From Clostridiaceae bacterium Marseille-Q4145 (GTDB lineage: Bacteria; Bacillota; Clostridia; Lachnospirales; Lachnospiraceae), in NCBI GenBank assembly GCA_018223365.1, contig JAGTTP010000001.1, positions 1,341,654 through 1,373,653 on the forward strand: a DNA stretch of 32,000 nt, in the 5' to 3' direction. A program made the translations under genes and the position numbers. Shown here piece after piece: positions 8,125-18,052 of the stretch (position 1 is the first letter of the stretch; each line of letters starts with the position of its first letter). The notes under the pieces were generated by a model. That model had not been told where the DNA came from, ran no database searches, and was given only the letters and a program-made list of their open reading frames with translations.

Positions 8125-8450
8125 GAAAAAGAAACGTGCATATTCAATTCTGGCTGAACCGTAAGGAAGCTGAATCGCTGGATAAAAAGGTGCGCCGCAG
8201 CGGACTTTCCCGTGAAGCGTACCTCCGCCATCTGATTGATGGTGTGGTGCCGCAGGACGCGCCTCCGCCGGACTATTATTCCATGATGCGGGAACTGCAC
8301 GGGATTGCCAACAACCTAAACCAGATCGCGCAGAAGGCTCACACATTGAATGTAGTTGATGCGCAGCGATATGACAATTACACCCGACAGTTGGAAGGTA
8401 CAATCAGGAAAATCACAGAGGCAGTGATTTTGCCGAAACCGATGGAGTAA
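8121..8450 (+). CDS. mobC: MobC-family relaxosome accessory protein (ribbon-helix-helix)
   Basis: ATG 8121 follows ggaaaggagg. MRKRNVHIQFWLNRKEAESLDKKVRRSGLSREAYLRHLI plus GIANNLNQIAQKAH is typical of MobC. It sits directly upstream of the relaxase. Confidence 0.8.
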   Translation: MRKRNVHIQFWLNRKEAESLDKKVRRSGLSREAYLRHLIDGVVPQDAPPPDYYSMMRELHGIANNLNQIAQKAHTLNVVDAQRYDNYTRQLEGTIRKITEAVILPKPME

Positions 8451-8457
8451 GTGGAGA

Positions 8458-9900
8458 ATGGCTACCACATCCATATGGCGGGTCAAAGGTTGGCTGGGTA
8501 AGGTAGTCATTTATATTGAGAACCCGGACAAGACGGAGAATCCCGCCTTTTATGAAAAAACGGATATGACAGAAGGACAAGCCCAGGGGCTTTCCGATGT
8601 TATTGATTATGCTGTGAATAGTGAGAAAACTCAGGCAGGCAGTGAAAACACCGCCGTCATGCAGCAATTTGTTTCCGGTGTGAACTGCCATTCGGCCACG
8701 GCCCGTGAAGAAATGATTGCTGTGAAGAAACGCTTTGGAAAAGAGGACGGCACCATAGCCTACCACGGATACCAGTCCTTTGCCCCTGGAGAGGCTACGC
8801 CGGAAATGGCACATGAGATTGGTGTCAGGTTGGCGCAGCAGCTTTGGGGCGAAAAATACCAGGTAGTTGTTGCCACCCATCTGGATAAGAAAAACCACCT
8901 GCATAATCATTTTGTGGTCAACACGGTATCTTTTCTGGATGGCATCAAATATCACCGCACGGAAAAGGACTATTACGATATGCAGAAGGCGTCCGATAAT
9001 TTATGCCGGGAGTATGGCATGTCAGTCATTGAAGAACCAAAGCGAGGAAAAGGCAAACAGTACGGTGAATGGAGAGCAGAGAAAGAAGGCCGACCGACAT
9101 GGCGCGGCATCGTCCGCTCCGAGATTGACGAAGCGATTCGGCAGTCGATGACGGAACGCCAGTTTTTTGATAATCTCCGCAAACGCGGCTATGAAATCAA
9201 ATTGGGCAAGGACATTTCTGTGCGGCCACCGGGCAAAGAGCGCTTTGTACGTTTGGAACGAAACTTTGGTGAGCTTTATTCCTATGATGGGATCAAAAAG
9301 CGAATACTGGCACAGGTCAGCCGGGAGCGTCCTTTGATGGAACCGGAGCGTGCAACACATCATGCAAGGCTGCGTGGTGACATCAACGGCGCACGAAAGA
9401 TTACCGGGTTCCGTGCATTGTATTTTCACTATTGTTATCTGCTTGGCATCTTTCCAAAGAATCAGTTCAAGCGAAATAAACGCCTCCATTTTCTTCTCCG
9501 AGAGGACTTGATGAAATTGGATGCCATATCGGAAGAAACAAAGCTGCTGGTGAAAAATCACATTGATACTGTCGAGCAGCTTTCTTTCTATAAAGCGGGT
9601 CTGGAAACTAAAATCAAGGTCTTGACTGCTGACCGAAAGGTGCTGTACCGAAAACAGCGGACTGTATCAGTGAAATCAGATGACGAGCGGCTGTCAGCGG
9701 TCAAGGAGCAGATCACGGCGGTTTCCAAAGAGCTGGCTGCACTGCGAAGGGAGGTGAGATTATGTGATGATATTGCAGAACGCTCCGGCGTAATCAAAGA
9801 GAAATTGAAAGCAGTCCAGGAGGACAAAGAATCTCAAGGAAAGGAGAACAAACGCAATGAACAATTCAGGCGACGCAGCGGAACAGGTCGTCAGGCTTAG
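8458..9900 (+). CDS. Relaxase/mobilisation nuclease (MobA/VirD2-type domain)
   Basis: His-triad-like motif ATHLDKKNHLHNHFVVN, N-terminal relaxase-domain length, coiled-coil C-terminus, and position after mobC. Confidence 0.85.
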   Translation: MATTSIWRVKGWLGKVVIYIENPDKTENPAFYEKTDMTEGQAQGLSDVIDYAVNSEKTQAGSENTAVMQQFVSGVNCHSATAREEMIAVKKRFGKEDGTIAYHGYQSFAPGEATPEMAHEIGVRLAQQLWGEKYQVVVATHLDKKNHLHNHFVVNTVSFLDGIKYHRTEKDYYDMQKASDNLCREYGMSVIEEPKRGKGKQYGEWRAEKEGRPTWRGIVRSEIDEAIRQSMTERQFFDNLRKRGYEIKLGKDISVRPPGKERFVRLERNFGELYSYDGIKKRILAQVSRERPLMEPERATHHARLRGDINGARKITGFRALYFHYCYLLGIFPKNQFKRNKRLHFLLREDLMKLDAISEETKLLVKNHIDTVEQLSFYKAGLETKIKVLTADRKVLYRKQRTVSVKSDDERLSAVKEQITAVSKELAALRREVRLCDDIAERSGVIKEKLKAVQEDKESQGKENKRNEQFRRRSGTGRQA

Positions 9901-10672
9901 TTTGGAGGGAACGGAGGTTGCCTTGAAACTTACGGGTTCCGCTGCAAAGAACATTGCTGCCGCCCTCTATGCGGTGCTGAAAAACCGGGATAAGAACAAA
10001 ATCAAGGGCAGGCAGCGTCTTACGGCCATGCTGAAAAGCGGTAAGGAATTGAAAGTGTTTACCATCAGTGAGGAACATCTGAAACAGTTTGCTACCGAAG
10101 CTAAACGATATGGTGTTGTTTACTGCGCCCTGCGCGGCAAGGAAAAATCCGCAGATGGCATGGTGGATGTGATGGTTCGAGCTGAGGACGCTTCCAAGAT
10201 TAACCGCATTGTAGAGCGCTTCCATCTTGCTACTGTGGACACAGCATCTATCAAGCACGAGATTGAGAAGGCACGGGCCGAAAAAGGCAATGCGGATAAA
10301 AAGGTAGCTCCCGATGCTCCTGAAAAGGGCCAGCCCGAAAAAAGTGAAGAAGATCAGTTGCTGGATGATTTGCTGGGAGCACCCGCAAAAAAAGAGGAGG
10401 CCGCACCGGAAAACCCCTCTGCGGCGAGGATGGAAAAATCCCCTCCGTCCGAGCCTATCTCAAAGCCGCCAGAGAAAGCCGCCGAGGGTGCTGCTAAAAT
10501 TGCCGAGCAGCGTCCTTCTGTCCGCAAGGAGCTGAGGGACATTCAGGCGAAACGCAAGCAGGAAGAAGCTGCTGTTCCAACTAAAGAACCGGAGCGTACC
10601 AAAAAGCCGGTAGAAAAATCACTCCAGCATAAGCAGCCATCCCGGAAAAAGAAAAAAGCAAAGGAGAGATAA
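9857..10672 (+). CDS. PcfB-like (DUF3801-type) conjugation protein with a Lys/Glu/Pro-rich tail
   Basis: ATG 9857 follows aaggaga and overlaps the relaxase 3' end. The N-terminus SGDAAEQVVRLSLEGTEVALKLTGSAAKNIAAALYAVLK is typical of PcfB-family proteins (from memory). Confidence 0.6.
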   Translation: MNNSGDAAEQVVRLSLEGTEVALKLTGSAAKNIAAALYAVLKNRDKNKIKGRQRLTAMLKSGKELKVFTISEEHLKQFATEAKRYGVVYCALRGKEKSADGMVDVMVRAEDASKINRIVERFHLATVDTASIKHEIEKARAEKGNADKKVAPDAPEKGQPEKSEEDQLLDDLLGAPAKKEEAAPENPSAARMEKSPPSEPISKPPEKAAEGAAKIAEQRPSVRKELRDIQAKRKQEEAAVPTKEPERTKKPVEKSLQHKQPSRKKKKAKER

Positions 10673-10675
10673 GCC

Positions 10676-11572
10676 ATGAGTAATTTTGATGATATTTTTG
10701 AAGCAAGCGCTCCTCGTAAGAATCTGAGTGATCAGCCCTTCGATAAAGAGGCGTGGGCAGAGAAAAAGCAGGCGGAGCGGCAGGCAGTATATGACCTTGC
10801 GGATACTACGGCAGAGGCGGTCAGTGCGGACGGCGGCAAGTTTCAGGCGTATTTGGATGTGCAGACCCGGTTCAATCGGTATTCTGCCACCAATGCCCTG
10901 CTGATTCTGGCGCAGAAACCGGAAGCCGTGCAGCTCAAAGATTTTGACGGGTGGAAAGACGCCAGTGCTTCCATCAAGCGTCAGCAGAAAGGTATTCTCA
11001 TTCTGGAACCCGGAGAAGAATACGAGCGTGAAGATGGCTCCATCGGAACTTCTTACAATGTGAAGCGGGTTTTTGACATTTCCCAGACGACTGCCCGTGT
11101 GAAACCTCAGTCTACGGTCAGCATGGACAATCGAGTGCTTTTGAAGGCATTGATTTCCCGACCGCCTGTACCGATGCAGACCGTGGACGAGCTTCCCAAT
11201 CATATGGGTGCGCTGTATGACCATGAGCAGCAGGTCATTTTTGTGCGCAGGGGTATGGATGCCGCAGATATTTTCCGCAGCGTGTCTAAGGAACTAGCTC
11301 ATGCGGAAATTGCGGGAATGGCCAAAGATTACACCCGTGAAGCGGCGGCGTTTTCTGCATACAGTGTGTCCTATATGCTTTGCAAGGAATATGGCATCGA
11401 CGTCAGCGGATACGATTTCAGCCGTCTGCCGGATAACTTCCGGGAGAACGATGCACAGAGCACCCGTGCAGTGCTGGCAGAGATTCGGGATGCAGCCGGA
11501 AATATCTCCGGGCGTATGAACCGGGCGCTGGAACAAAACCGGCAGCCGAAATCGAAAGAACAGGAGCGTTAA
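10676..11572 (+). CDS. ArdC-like ssDNA-binding / anti-restriction-type protein
   Basis: YSATNALLILAQKPEAVQLKDFDGWKDASASIKRQQKGILILEP resembles the ArdC N-terminal (DUF1738) core. No clean HExxH is seen in the C-terminal half. Confidence 0.45.
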   Translation: MSNFDDIFEASAPRKNLSDQPFDKEAWAEKKQAERQAVYDLADTTAEAVSADGGKFQAYLDVQTRFNRYSATNALLILAQKPEAVQLKDFDGWKDASASIKRQQKGILILEPGEEYEREDGSIGTSYNVKRVFDISQTTARVKPQSTVSMDNRVLLKALISRPPVPMQTVDELPNHMGALYDHEQQVIFVRRGMDAADIFRSVSKELAHAEIAGMAKDYTREAAAFSAYSVSYMLCKEYGIDVSGYDFSRLPDNFRENDAQSTRAVLAEIRDAAGNISGRMNRALEQNRQPKSKEQER

Positions 11573-11575
11573 AGC

Positions 11576-11764
11576 ATGGGAAAAGAAGAAAAACGTGTCC
11601 TTACTTTGGACAAATACGAACACGGCGTTGTTGTCAACGCCCTGAATGAGATGCGTAATGATCTTTTGGAAGAACAGCGCTCCACCGATATTGTGGATGA
11701 GGTGCTGCTGAAAGCCATTGATGCCCCGATAAAAAAGGTCAAGTGCCGTGATGAAGCAAGATAA
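11576..11764 (+). CDS. Small hypothetical protein (62 aa) preceding the coupling protein
   Basis: ATG follows caggag. It is tightly packed in the operon and overlaps the T4CP start. Confidence 0.45.
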   Translation: MGKEEKRVLTLDKYEHGVVVNALNEMRNDLLEEQRSTDIVDEVLLKAIDAPIKKVKCRDEAR

Positions 11765-13550
11765 TCGCAAGGCGCAGCTTGCATTCTGCCTGTTTGGTAT
11801 TTTCCCGGTGATATGGCTGGGGCTTCTTATGGCTCCGGCGGTATCAGGGGGATTGCCTGAAATCATCGCGACATTTCCTGCAGCGATGAATGCTCCATTT
11901 CATATTGTGCTTTGTGAGGATAGCCTGAGAGCTGTCCTTATTTCTTTATGTGCCTATGGAATGGGCATCGGTATTTACTTTTCCTCTCGCCGCAATTATC
12001 GCAGAGGTGAGGAACATGGTTCAGCAAAATGGGGCGATGCCAGAGCCGTGAACAAAAAATACCGGGATAAAAGGCCAGAGCAGAACAAGCTGTTTACGCA
12101 GAATGTGCGCATGGGTCTGGACGGCAGAAAGCACCGGCGAAATCTCAACACAGTAGTCATCGGCGGCAGTGGTGCGGGCAAGAGCTTTAACCTGGCGAAG
12201 CCAAATTTGATGCAGGCCAATACGTCATTTACAGCTTTAGATCCGAAGGGGGAACTGGTGAGAGATACCGGGTATTTGCTGGAGCAAAAAGGGTATGAAG
12301 TCCGGGTGTTGGATCTTCTGAACATGGAAAAGAGCTTTTGCTATAATCCGTTCGTCTATCTGCGGGATGACAATGATGTGCAGCGCTTAGTTACCAACCT
12401 GTTCAAATCCACAACCCCGAAAGGCAGTCAGTCGCAGGACCCATTCTGGGACACTGCGGCATCTATGCTGTTGCTTGCGCTGATATTCTATCTCCACCAT
12501 GAAGCACCGGAGGATGAACAAAATTTCCCGATGGTCATGGAAATGCTGCGGGCTGGTGAAGTCCGGGAGGATGATGACTGCTATCAGTCACCGTTGGATG
12601 AACTGTTTGAGCGCTTGGAGATGCAAAATCCGGATCATATCGCGGTCAAGTATTATAAGGACTATCACTCCGGCAGTGCCAAGACCTTGAAATCCATTCA
12701 GATCACTCTTGCTGCAAGACTGGAAAAGTTCAACCTTTCTTCTCTGGCAGCGTTGACTGCGACGGATGAGCTGGACCTGGCAAGCATGGGCGAGAAAAAA
12801 GTGGCCCTATTCGCGTTGATTCCGGACAACGATACCAGCTTTAACTTTTTGGTATCCATCTTGTACACGCAGATTTTTCAGCAGCTTTTCTGGCTGGCAG
12901 ATCACAAGTACGGTGGAAGCCTGCCTGTCCCCGTCCATTTTCTCATGGACGAGTTCGCAAACGTCAGCTTGCCGGATGATTTTGACAAGATTCTGGCAAC
13001 CATGCGTTCCAGAAATGTGAGTGTCACTATTATTTTGCAGAATATTGCCCAGCTAAAGGCTCTCTTTGAAAAGCAATGGGAGAGCATACTGGGCAACTGC
13101 GATGAGCTGCTGTATCTCGGCGGTAATGAAACCAGCACCCATAAGCTGATTTCAGAGTCATATCTGGGAAAAGCCACGATTGATACGAACACCTATGGAA
13201 AATCTACCGGGCGAAGTGGAAATTATTCCACCAACTATCAGATCACCGGGCGTGAGCTGATGACGCCGGATGAGGTCCGCATGATGGATAACCGCTATGC
13301 GCTGCTGTTTATCCGTGGTGAGCGTCCGATCATGGACGAAAAGTACAATCCGCTAAAGCACCCGGATGTAGCCTTGACTGCATTGGGCGGCGCACCAACT
13401 TATGAGCATGGCAAAACAGACCATGTAACTGCAACAATCTCTACCGGAGCTGTATCTGAATCCGATGTACCGGAGCCGGACAGCACCGCAGACGATACCG
13501 TAGAGCTTCTATCCAGTGAAGAGATAGAGGCTCTTTTTCATTTAATCTAA
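11748..13550 (+). CDS. Type IV secretion coupling protein (VirD4/TraG family)
   Basis: Two N-terminal TM segments, Walker A VIGGSGAGKSF, Walker B HFLMDEFAN. The start is GTG 11748 or ATG 11751. Confidence 0.9.
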   Translation: MMKQDNRKAQLAFCLFGIFPVIWLGLLMAPAVSGGLPEIIATFPAAMNAPFHIVLCEDSLRAVLISLCAYGMGIGIYFSSRRNYRRGEEHGSAKWGDARAVNKKYRDKRPEQNKLFTQNVRMGLDGRKHRRNLNTVVIGGSGAGKSFNLAKPNLMQANTSFTALDPKGELVRDTGYLLEQKGYEVRVLDLLNMEKSFCYNPFVYLRDDNDVQRLVTNLFKSTTPKGSQSQDPFWDTAASMLLLALIFYLHHEAPEDEQNFPMVMEMLRAGEVREDDDCYQSPLDELFERLEMQNPDHIAVKYYKDYHSGSAKTLKSIQITLAARLEKFNLSSLAALTATDELDLASMGEKKVALFALIPDNDTSFNFLVSILYTQIFQQLFWLADHKYGGSLPVPVHFLMDEFANVSLPDDFDKILATMRSRNVSVTIILQNIAQLKALFEKQWESILGNCDELLYLGGNETSTHKLISESYLGKATIDTNTYGKSTGRSGNYSTNYQITGRELMTPDEVRMMDNRYALLFIRGERPIMDEKYNPLKHPDVALTALGGAPTYEHGKTDHVTATISTGAVSESDVPEPDSTADDTVELLSSEEIEALFHLI

Positions 13551-13564
13551 GGAGGAACTATACA

Positions 13565-13924
13565 ATGAAAAAACTGTTTTCCAAGAATCAGAAACCTGTA
13601 AATGGCACCATCAAGCTGGAGCGTAAAGTCAAAAGAGGCTTTCGTTTTTACACCGCCACAGTCCTGTTCGGCGCATTTGTGCTGGGTATGGGTGTTACCG
13701 CTTATGCGGCCAGTGACCCGATTGCAGTGGTCAACAATCTCTCCGATTTCATCTTTGGCCTGATTCGCGCGGTCGGCCTCATTTTGCTGGGCTGGGGCAT
13801 TGTTCAGGTGGGACTTTCGTTTCAGTCCCATGATCCCAGCCAGCGTTCCAATGGCTTTCTGACTTTGGCCGGCGGCGTTGTGATTACCTTCGCAAAGGAA
13901 ATTCTGACTTTGATCACAGGCTAA
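13565..13924 (+). CDS. Maff2-family small membrane protein (pilin/VirB2-like role suspected)
   Basis: Strong RBS taaggagg, a signal/TM region, then LILLGWGIVQVGLSFQSHDPSQRSNGFLTLAGG, which is typical of Maff2 proteins (from memory). Confidence 0.65.
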   Translation: MKKLFSKNQKPVNGTIKLERKVKRGFRFYTATVLFGAFVLGMGVTAYAASDPIAVVNNLSDFIFGLIRAVGLILLGWGIVQVGLSFQSHDPSQRSNGFLTLAGGVVITFAKEILTLITG

Positions 13925-13954
13925 GCGGTTATCATCAATCAATCTGCGGGAAAT

Positions 13955-13987
13955 GCGGCAGGGCGTGAAAGCGTCCTGCCGCTGTTT
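13955..13987 (+). terminator. Hairpin with short T-tract after the Maff2 gene (possible partial terminator/attenuator)
   Basis: GCGGCAGGgcg tgaaag cgtCCTGCCGC followed by tgttt. It sits inside an otherwise continuous operon. Confidence 0.4.
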
Positions 13988-14008
13988 CGCTGAAAGGAGG
14001 AAAAAACA

Positions 14009-14845
14009 TTGAGTGATAACTGGGTTGTTCAAAACCTTGAAAATGCTTTGAACACATGGAATGAGAAGCTGTCGGAAATCTGGCAGCTTATTACTCAAAG
14101 CCCGCAGCAATTTAAGGGCGGTGCGATTTGGGGCGTGATTGTTAATATTCATGGCGCTTTGCAGGCCATTGGCATTGCCCTATTGGTACTTTTCTTTGTT
14201 GTGGGCGTAATGAAAACCTGTGGCTCCTTCGCAGAAGTCAAAAGACCGGAGCACGCATTGAAACTATTTATCCGATTTGCGTTGGCAAAAGGCGCTGTCA
14301 CCTATGGAATGGAGTTGATGCTGGCATTGTTCAATATTGCGCAGGGCGTTATCTCCACGATCATGCAGGCATCTGGTATCGGGACAGCACAGCAGACCGT
14401 TCTTCCCGATGAAATTGTTACGGCTGTAGAGGATTGTGGATTTTTTGAATCCATTCCTCTCTGGGCTGTAACTTTGATTGGCGGACTGTTCATTACAGTT
14501 CTTTCTTTTGTCATGATAATGACGGTTTATGGGCGCTTTTTTAAGTTGTACCTTTACACGGCCATTGCCCCTATTCCACTCTCCAGCTTTGCCGGAGAAC
14601 CGAGCCAGAACGTTGGAAAAAGCTTCATTCGTTCCTATGCCGCTGTGTGTCTGGAGGGCGCGATCATTGTGCTGGCCTGCATCATCTTTTCGCTGTTTGC
14701 GGCTGCACCGCCGACAGTTGACCCTGATGCGGCGGCAGTATCTATGGTGTGGAGCTACATCGGAGAACTGGTCTTTAACATGCTGGTATTGGTCGGTGCA
14801 GTGAAGATGGCCGACCGCGTAGTGCGTGAAATGATGGGGCTGTAA
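14009..14845 (+). CDS. VirB6/TrbL-like polytopic conjugation membrane protein
   Basis: TTG 14009 lies 8 nt after aaggagg. It has multiple hydrophobic segments and sits between the pilin-like gene and the PrgI/VirB4 genes. Confidence 0.65.
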   Translation: MSDNWVVQNLENALNTWNEKLSEIWQLITQSPQQFKGGAIWGVIVNIHGALQAIGIALLVLFFVVGVMKTCGSFAEVKRPEHALKLFIRFALAKGAVTYGMELMLALFNIAQGVISTIMQASGIGTAQQTVLPDEIVTAVEDCGFFESIPLWAVTLIGGLFITVLSFVMIMTVYGRFFKLYLYTAIAPIPLSSFAGEPSQNVGKSFIRSYAAVCLEGAIIVLACIIFSLFAAAPPTVDPDAAAVSMVWSYIGELVFNMLVLVGAVKMADRVVREMMGL

Positions 14846-14865
14846 TTTGGAAAGGAGCAAGCAAA

Positions 14866-15282
14866 ATGGAAGTAAAAATCAACCGTGAAATTCGTAACTA
14901 CACGGAATCTATGTTTTTCGGACTGACCATGCGGCAATTTGTATTTTCGCTGTTGGCAGTCCTTGTGGCAGTAGGACTGTATTTTCTGCTTCACACCCAT
15001 GTGGGTACAGAAACGGTGTCCTGGATGTGTGTTCTCGGTGCTGCACCCTTTGCGGCGCTGGGGTTTGTGTCATACCACGGCATGAGCGCTGAACAGTTTC
15101 TGTGGGCATGGTTCCGCTCTGAAATTCTGGAACCGAAACGGCTTTATTTCAGACCGAACAATTATTATTACGAGATACTGAAAGATACCATTGCAGACCA
15201 CGAAAAAGAAATGTTGACCGGGAAGCCCGCAAATAAAGCAAAGAAGCGCAAGACCAGAAAGAAGGAGGAACATCATGCTTAA
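14866..15282 (+). CDS. PrgI/TcpE-like conjugation membrane protein
   Basis: MEVKINREIRNYTESMFFGLTMRQFVFSLLAVLVAVGLYF and two TM segments. It overlaps the VirB4 start. Confidence 0.65.
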   Translation: MEVKINREIRNYTESMFFGLTMRQFVFSLLAVLVAVGLYFLLHTHVGTETVSWMCVLGAAPFAALGFVSYHGMSAEQFLWAWFRSEILEPKRLYFRPNNYYYEILKDTIADHEKEMLTGKPANKAKKRKTRKKEEHHA

Positions 15283-17626
15283 AACACTCACGACACTATT
15301 CAAACAGGATAAAGAGCGATATACTGTGCCGCGCCGGGTGCAGGATGCTATCCCCATCAAACGTATTTGGAATGATGGTATCTTTCTTGCCGGGAATCGG
15401 TACTGCCGTACCTGGCGCTTTTCAGATATTAACTATCAGGTGGCCAGCGAAGATGACAAAAAGGTCATGTTTCTGGATTACTCCGAGGTGTTGAACAGTC
15501 TGGAGGCTGGTTCGGTTGCAAAGATCACAATCAACAATCGTCGGCTGAACCGGGCGAATTTTGAGCAGGATGTGCTCATGCGGATGGCAGCAGACTGCAG
15601 GGATAAATACCGTGTGGAGTACAATGGTGTGATTGTGGAGAAAGCCACCGCTGGTAACGGCATTGTGCAGGAAAAATACATCACCATCTCTGTCTGCAAA
15701 AAGAGCATTGAAGAGGCCAGAAGCTATTTCAACCGTGTTGGCGCGGACTTGAAAGCGCACTATGCGGCACTGGGGTCCAGGTGTGTAGAGCTGGATGCGA
15801 CGGAAAAACTGCGGGTTCTCCATGATTTCTATCGACAGGGCGAAGAGGTGGATTTTCACTTCGATGCACGGGATATGATGCGGAAGGGGCATGACTTCCG
15901 GGATTATATCTGCCCGGATTTCATCGAAAAACACAGCGACTATCTTATCCTGGGTAATAAATTTGCCCGTGTGCTGTACCTCAAAGACTATGCCAACTAT
16001 ATTAAGGATTCTTTTATTTCGGAGCTGACCGACTTGAACCGAAATATGATGCTCTCTCTGGACATCGTCCCAATCCCGATGGATGAAGCGGTACGGGAGA
16101 TTGAAAATCGACTGCTTGGCGTGGAAACCAATATTACCAACTGGCAGCGCCGCCAGAACGCAAACAACAATTTCTCCGCAGTCATTCCTTACGATATGGA
16201 GCTGCAGAGAAAGGAGAGCAAGGAGTTCCTGGACGATCTGACCGCCCGTGACCAACGTATGATGCTAGGTATTCTGACCATGGTGCTGACCGCTGACACA
16301 AAAGAGCAGCTCGACATGGATACCGAACAGATTCTCTCACTGGCCCGCCAGAAGATGTGCCAGATGGCGGTACTCAAATATCAGCAGATGGATGGACTGA
16401 ACACAGCTCTGCCGATTGGTACAAGAAAAATCAATACGTTCCGCACGCTCACCACGGAATCCCAGGCAGTGTTTATGCCCTTTAAGGTGCAGGAAATCCA
16501 GGACAAGGGCGGTATTTATTTTGGAGAAAATGCAATTTCTCATAATCTGATCCTGTGCAACCGCGAGAACCTTTTGAACCAGTCTGCATTTATTCTGGGC
16601 GTTCCCGGTTCGGGTAAGTCATTCGCGGCAAAAGAATTGATTGCGTTCCTGATTCTGAATACAGAGGACGATATTCTGATTTGTGACCCGGAATGCGAAA
16701 TGGTGCCGTTGGTGGAAGCTCTGGGCAGTGATATTGCATCTATTATCCACATGAAGGCCGGTGGCAGAGATTGCCTGAATGCCATGTATATGGTAGAGGG
16801 TTACGGCGAGAACAATCCCATCGTGGAGAAATCTCAGTTTATTATGTCCCTGGTGGAGCAGATCGACAAAAGCGGCATCGGTCCTCAGCACAAGTCTATT
16901 ATCGACCGCTGTGTAGCTGCGGTATATCAGGAAGCGGCAGAAACCGGCATTGTGCCGACGCTCTGCACGCTCCGTGAAAAACTGCTGGCACAGCCGGAGG
17001 AAAAAGCAAAGGAGATCGCACTGTCCCTGGAGCTTTATACAACTGGCTCACTGGACATCTTCGGACATACCAGCACGGTATCTCTGGATAAGCGTATTAC
17101 GGTTTTTGACATCCGTGATCTGGGCGCACAGCTTAAACCGGCGGGTCTGCTGGTCATTACTGATACGATCCTCAACCGTGTTACCTTGAATTGGAAAAAG
17201 GGCAAACGCACCCATGTATTTATTGACGAGTTCCATGTGGTTTTTGAGAATGAACACAGTGGAATCTTCTTTAATTCTGCATGGCGTCAGTTCCGTAAAC
17301 GCAATGCGTACCCGACGGCGATCACCCAAAACGTTGAATATCTTCTGGACTCTGTGCAGGCCAGTACCATGCTCTCCAATTCGGAGTTCATTATCATGCT
17401 GAATCAGGCGGCGTCCGACCGCGAAAAGCTGGCGAAACTTTTGAATATTTCCAGTGAACAGATGAGCTATGTCACAAATGCAGATGCAGGCTGTGGTCTG
17501 ATTAAATACGGCTCTGCCCTGGTTCCGTTTGTGAATCGGTTCCCACGGGATACGGAGCTTTATAAGCTGATGACAACAAAACCGGGTGAAGGTGTATTTG
17601 GCGGTGGAAAGGAGGTCGCAAACTAA
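15275..17626 (+). CDS. VirB4-like conjugal transfer ATPase
   Basis: 783 aa, Walker A GVPGSGKSF, Walker B THVFIDEFH, RBS aaggagg. Confidence 0.9.
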   Translation: MLKTLTTLFKQDKERYTVPRRVQDAIPIKRIWNDGIFLAGNRYCRTWRFSDINYQVASEDDKKVMFLDYSEVLNSLEAGSVAKITINNRRLNRANFEQDVLMRMAADCRDKYRVEYNGVIVEKATAGNGIVQEKYITISVCKKSIEEARSYFNRVGADLKAHYAALGSRCVELDATEKLRVLHDFYRQGEEVDFHFDARDMMRKGHDFRDYICPDFIEKHSDYLILGNKFARVLYLKDYANYIKDSFISELTDLNRNMMLSLDIVPIPMDEAVREIENRLLGVETNITNWQRRQNANNNFSAVIPYDMELQRKESKEFLDDLTARDQRMMLGILTMVLTADTKEQLDMDTEQILSLARQKMCQMAVLKYQQMDGLNTALPIGTRKINTFRTLTTESQAVFMPFKVQEIQDKGGIYFGENAISHNLILCNRENLLNQSAFILGVPGSGKSFAAKELIAFLILNTEDDILICDPECEMVPLVEALGSDIASIIHMKAGGRDCLNAMYMVEGYGENNPIVEKSQFIMSLVEQIDKSGIGPQHKSIIDRCVAAVYQEAAETGIVPTLCTLREKLLAQPEEKAKEIALSLELYTTGSLDIFGHTSTVSLDKRITVFDIRDLGAQLKPAGLLVITDTILNRVTLNWKKGKRTHVFIDEFHVVFENEHSGIFFNSAWRQFRKRNAYPTAITQNVEYLLDSVQASTMLSNSEFIIMLNQAASDREKLAKLLNISSEQMSYVTNADAGCGLIKYGSALVPFVNRFPRDTELYKLMTTKPGEGVFGGGKEVAN

Positions 17627-17627
17627 T

Positions 17628-18032
17628 ATGACAGATATTAAATTCCGCTCGAAGGAGCATCGGGAGTTCTTCATGGAAGCAATGGGAAAGTGCCGTAGAA
17701 ATGACAGCTATCATCGGGCATTTTTCTATGTGATGGGAATTACTTCAGAAACAAGAGCCAATATTGATAAGATGTTTGATTTCCAGCATGACTGGATATT
17801 GCCGGAAGGAATGCACGGTGGTTGGCAGACCAGCGGCACCGTCCGGGTGTGCCAGCTTGCTTTCAATCTCTGGAACGGATACAGCGGTGAACGGCAAGGT
17901 GATGAATATACACCAAATGATTTGTTCTGCTGCGGATTCGCACCTTACTTTATGGAAGGCATCAAACTCCGTTATCCTGAATATTGCCGTGACCTTACGG
18001 CAGCCAGAAAGCAGGCGGAGCAAACACGATAA
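17628..18032 (+). CDS. Conserved ICE hypothetical protein (DUF6075-like from memory)
   Basis: ATG 17628 lies 1 nt after the VirB4 TAA. The listed ORF start 17586 would overlap VirB4 needlessly. Confidence 0.5.
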   Translation: MTDIKFRSKEHREFFMEAMGKCRRNDSYHRAFFYVMGITSETRANIDKMFDFQHDWILPEGMHGGWQTSGTVRVCQLAFNLWNGYSGERQGDEYTPNDLFCCGFAPYFMEGIKLRYPEYCRDLTAARKQAEQTR

Positions 18033-18052
18033 ATAAAATATGGAGGTTCATT

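Noticed and set aside
10619-11224. 201-aa minus-strand ORF
   Set aside because: It is antisense to the ArdC-like gene within a tightly coupled plus-strand operon.
13547-14152. 201-aa minus-strand ORF spanning the Maff2/VirB6-like junction
   Set aside because: It is antisense to two well-supported plus-strand genes and crosses their intergenic hairpin. It has no RBS.
17048-17674. 208-aa minus-strand ORF
   Set aside because: It is antisense to the VirB4 3' region.
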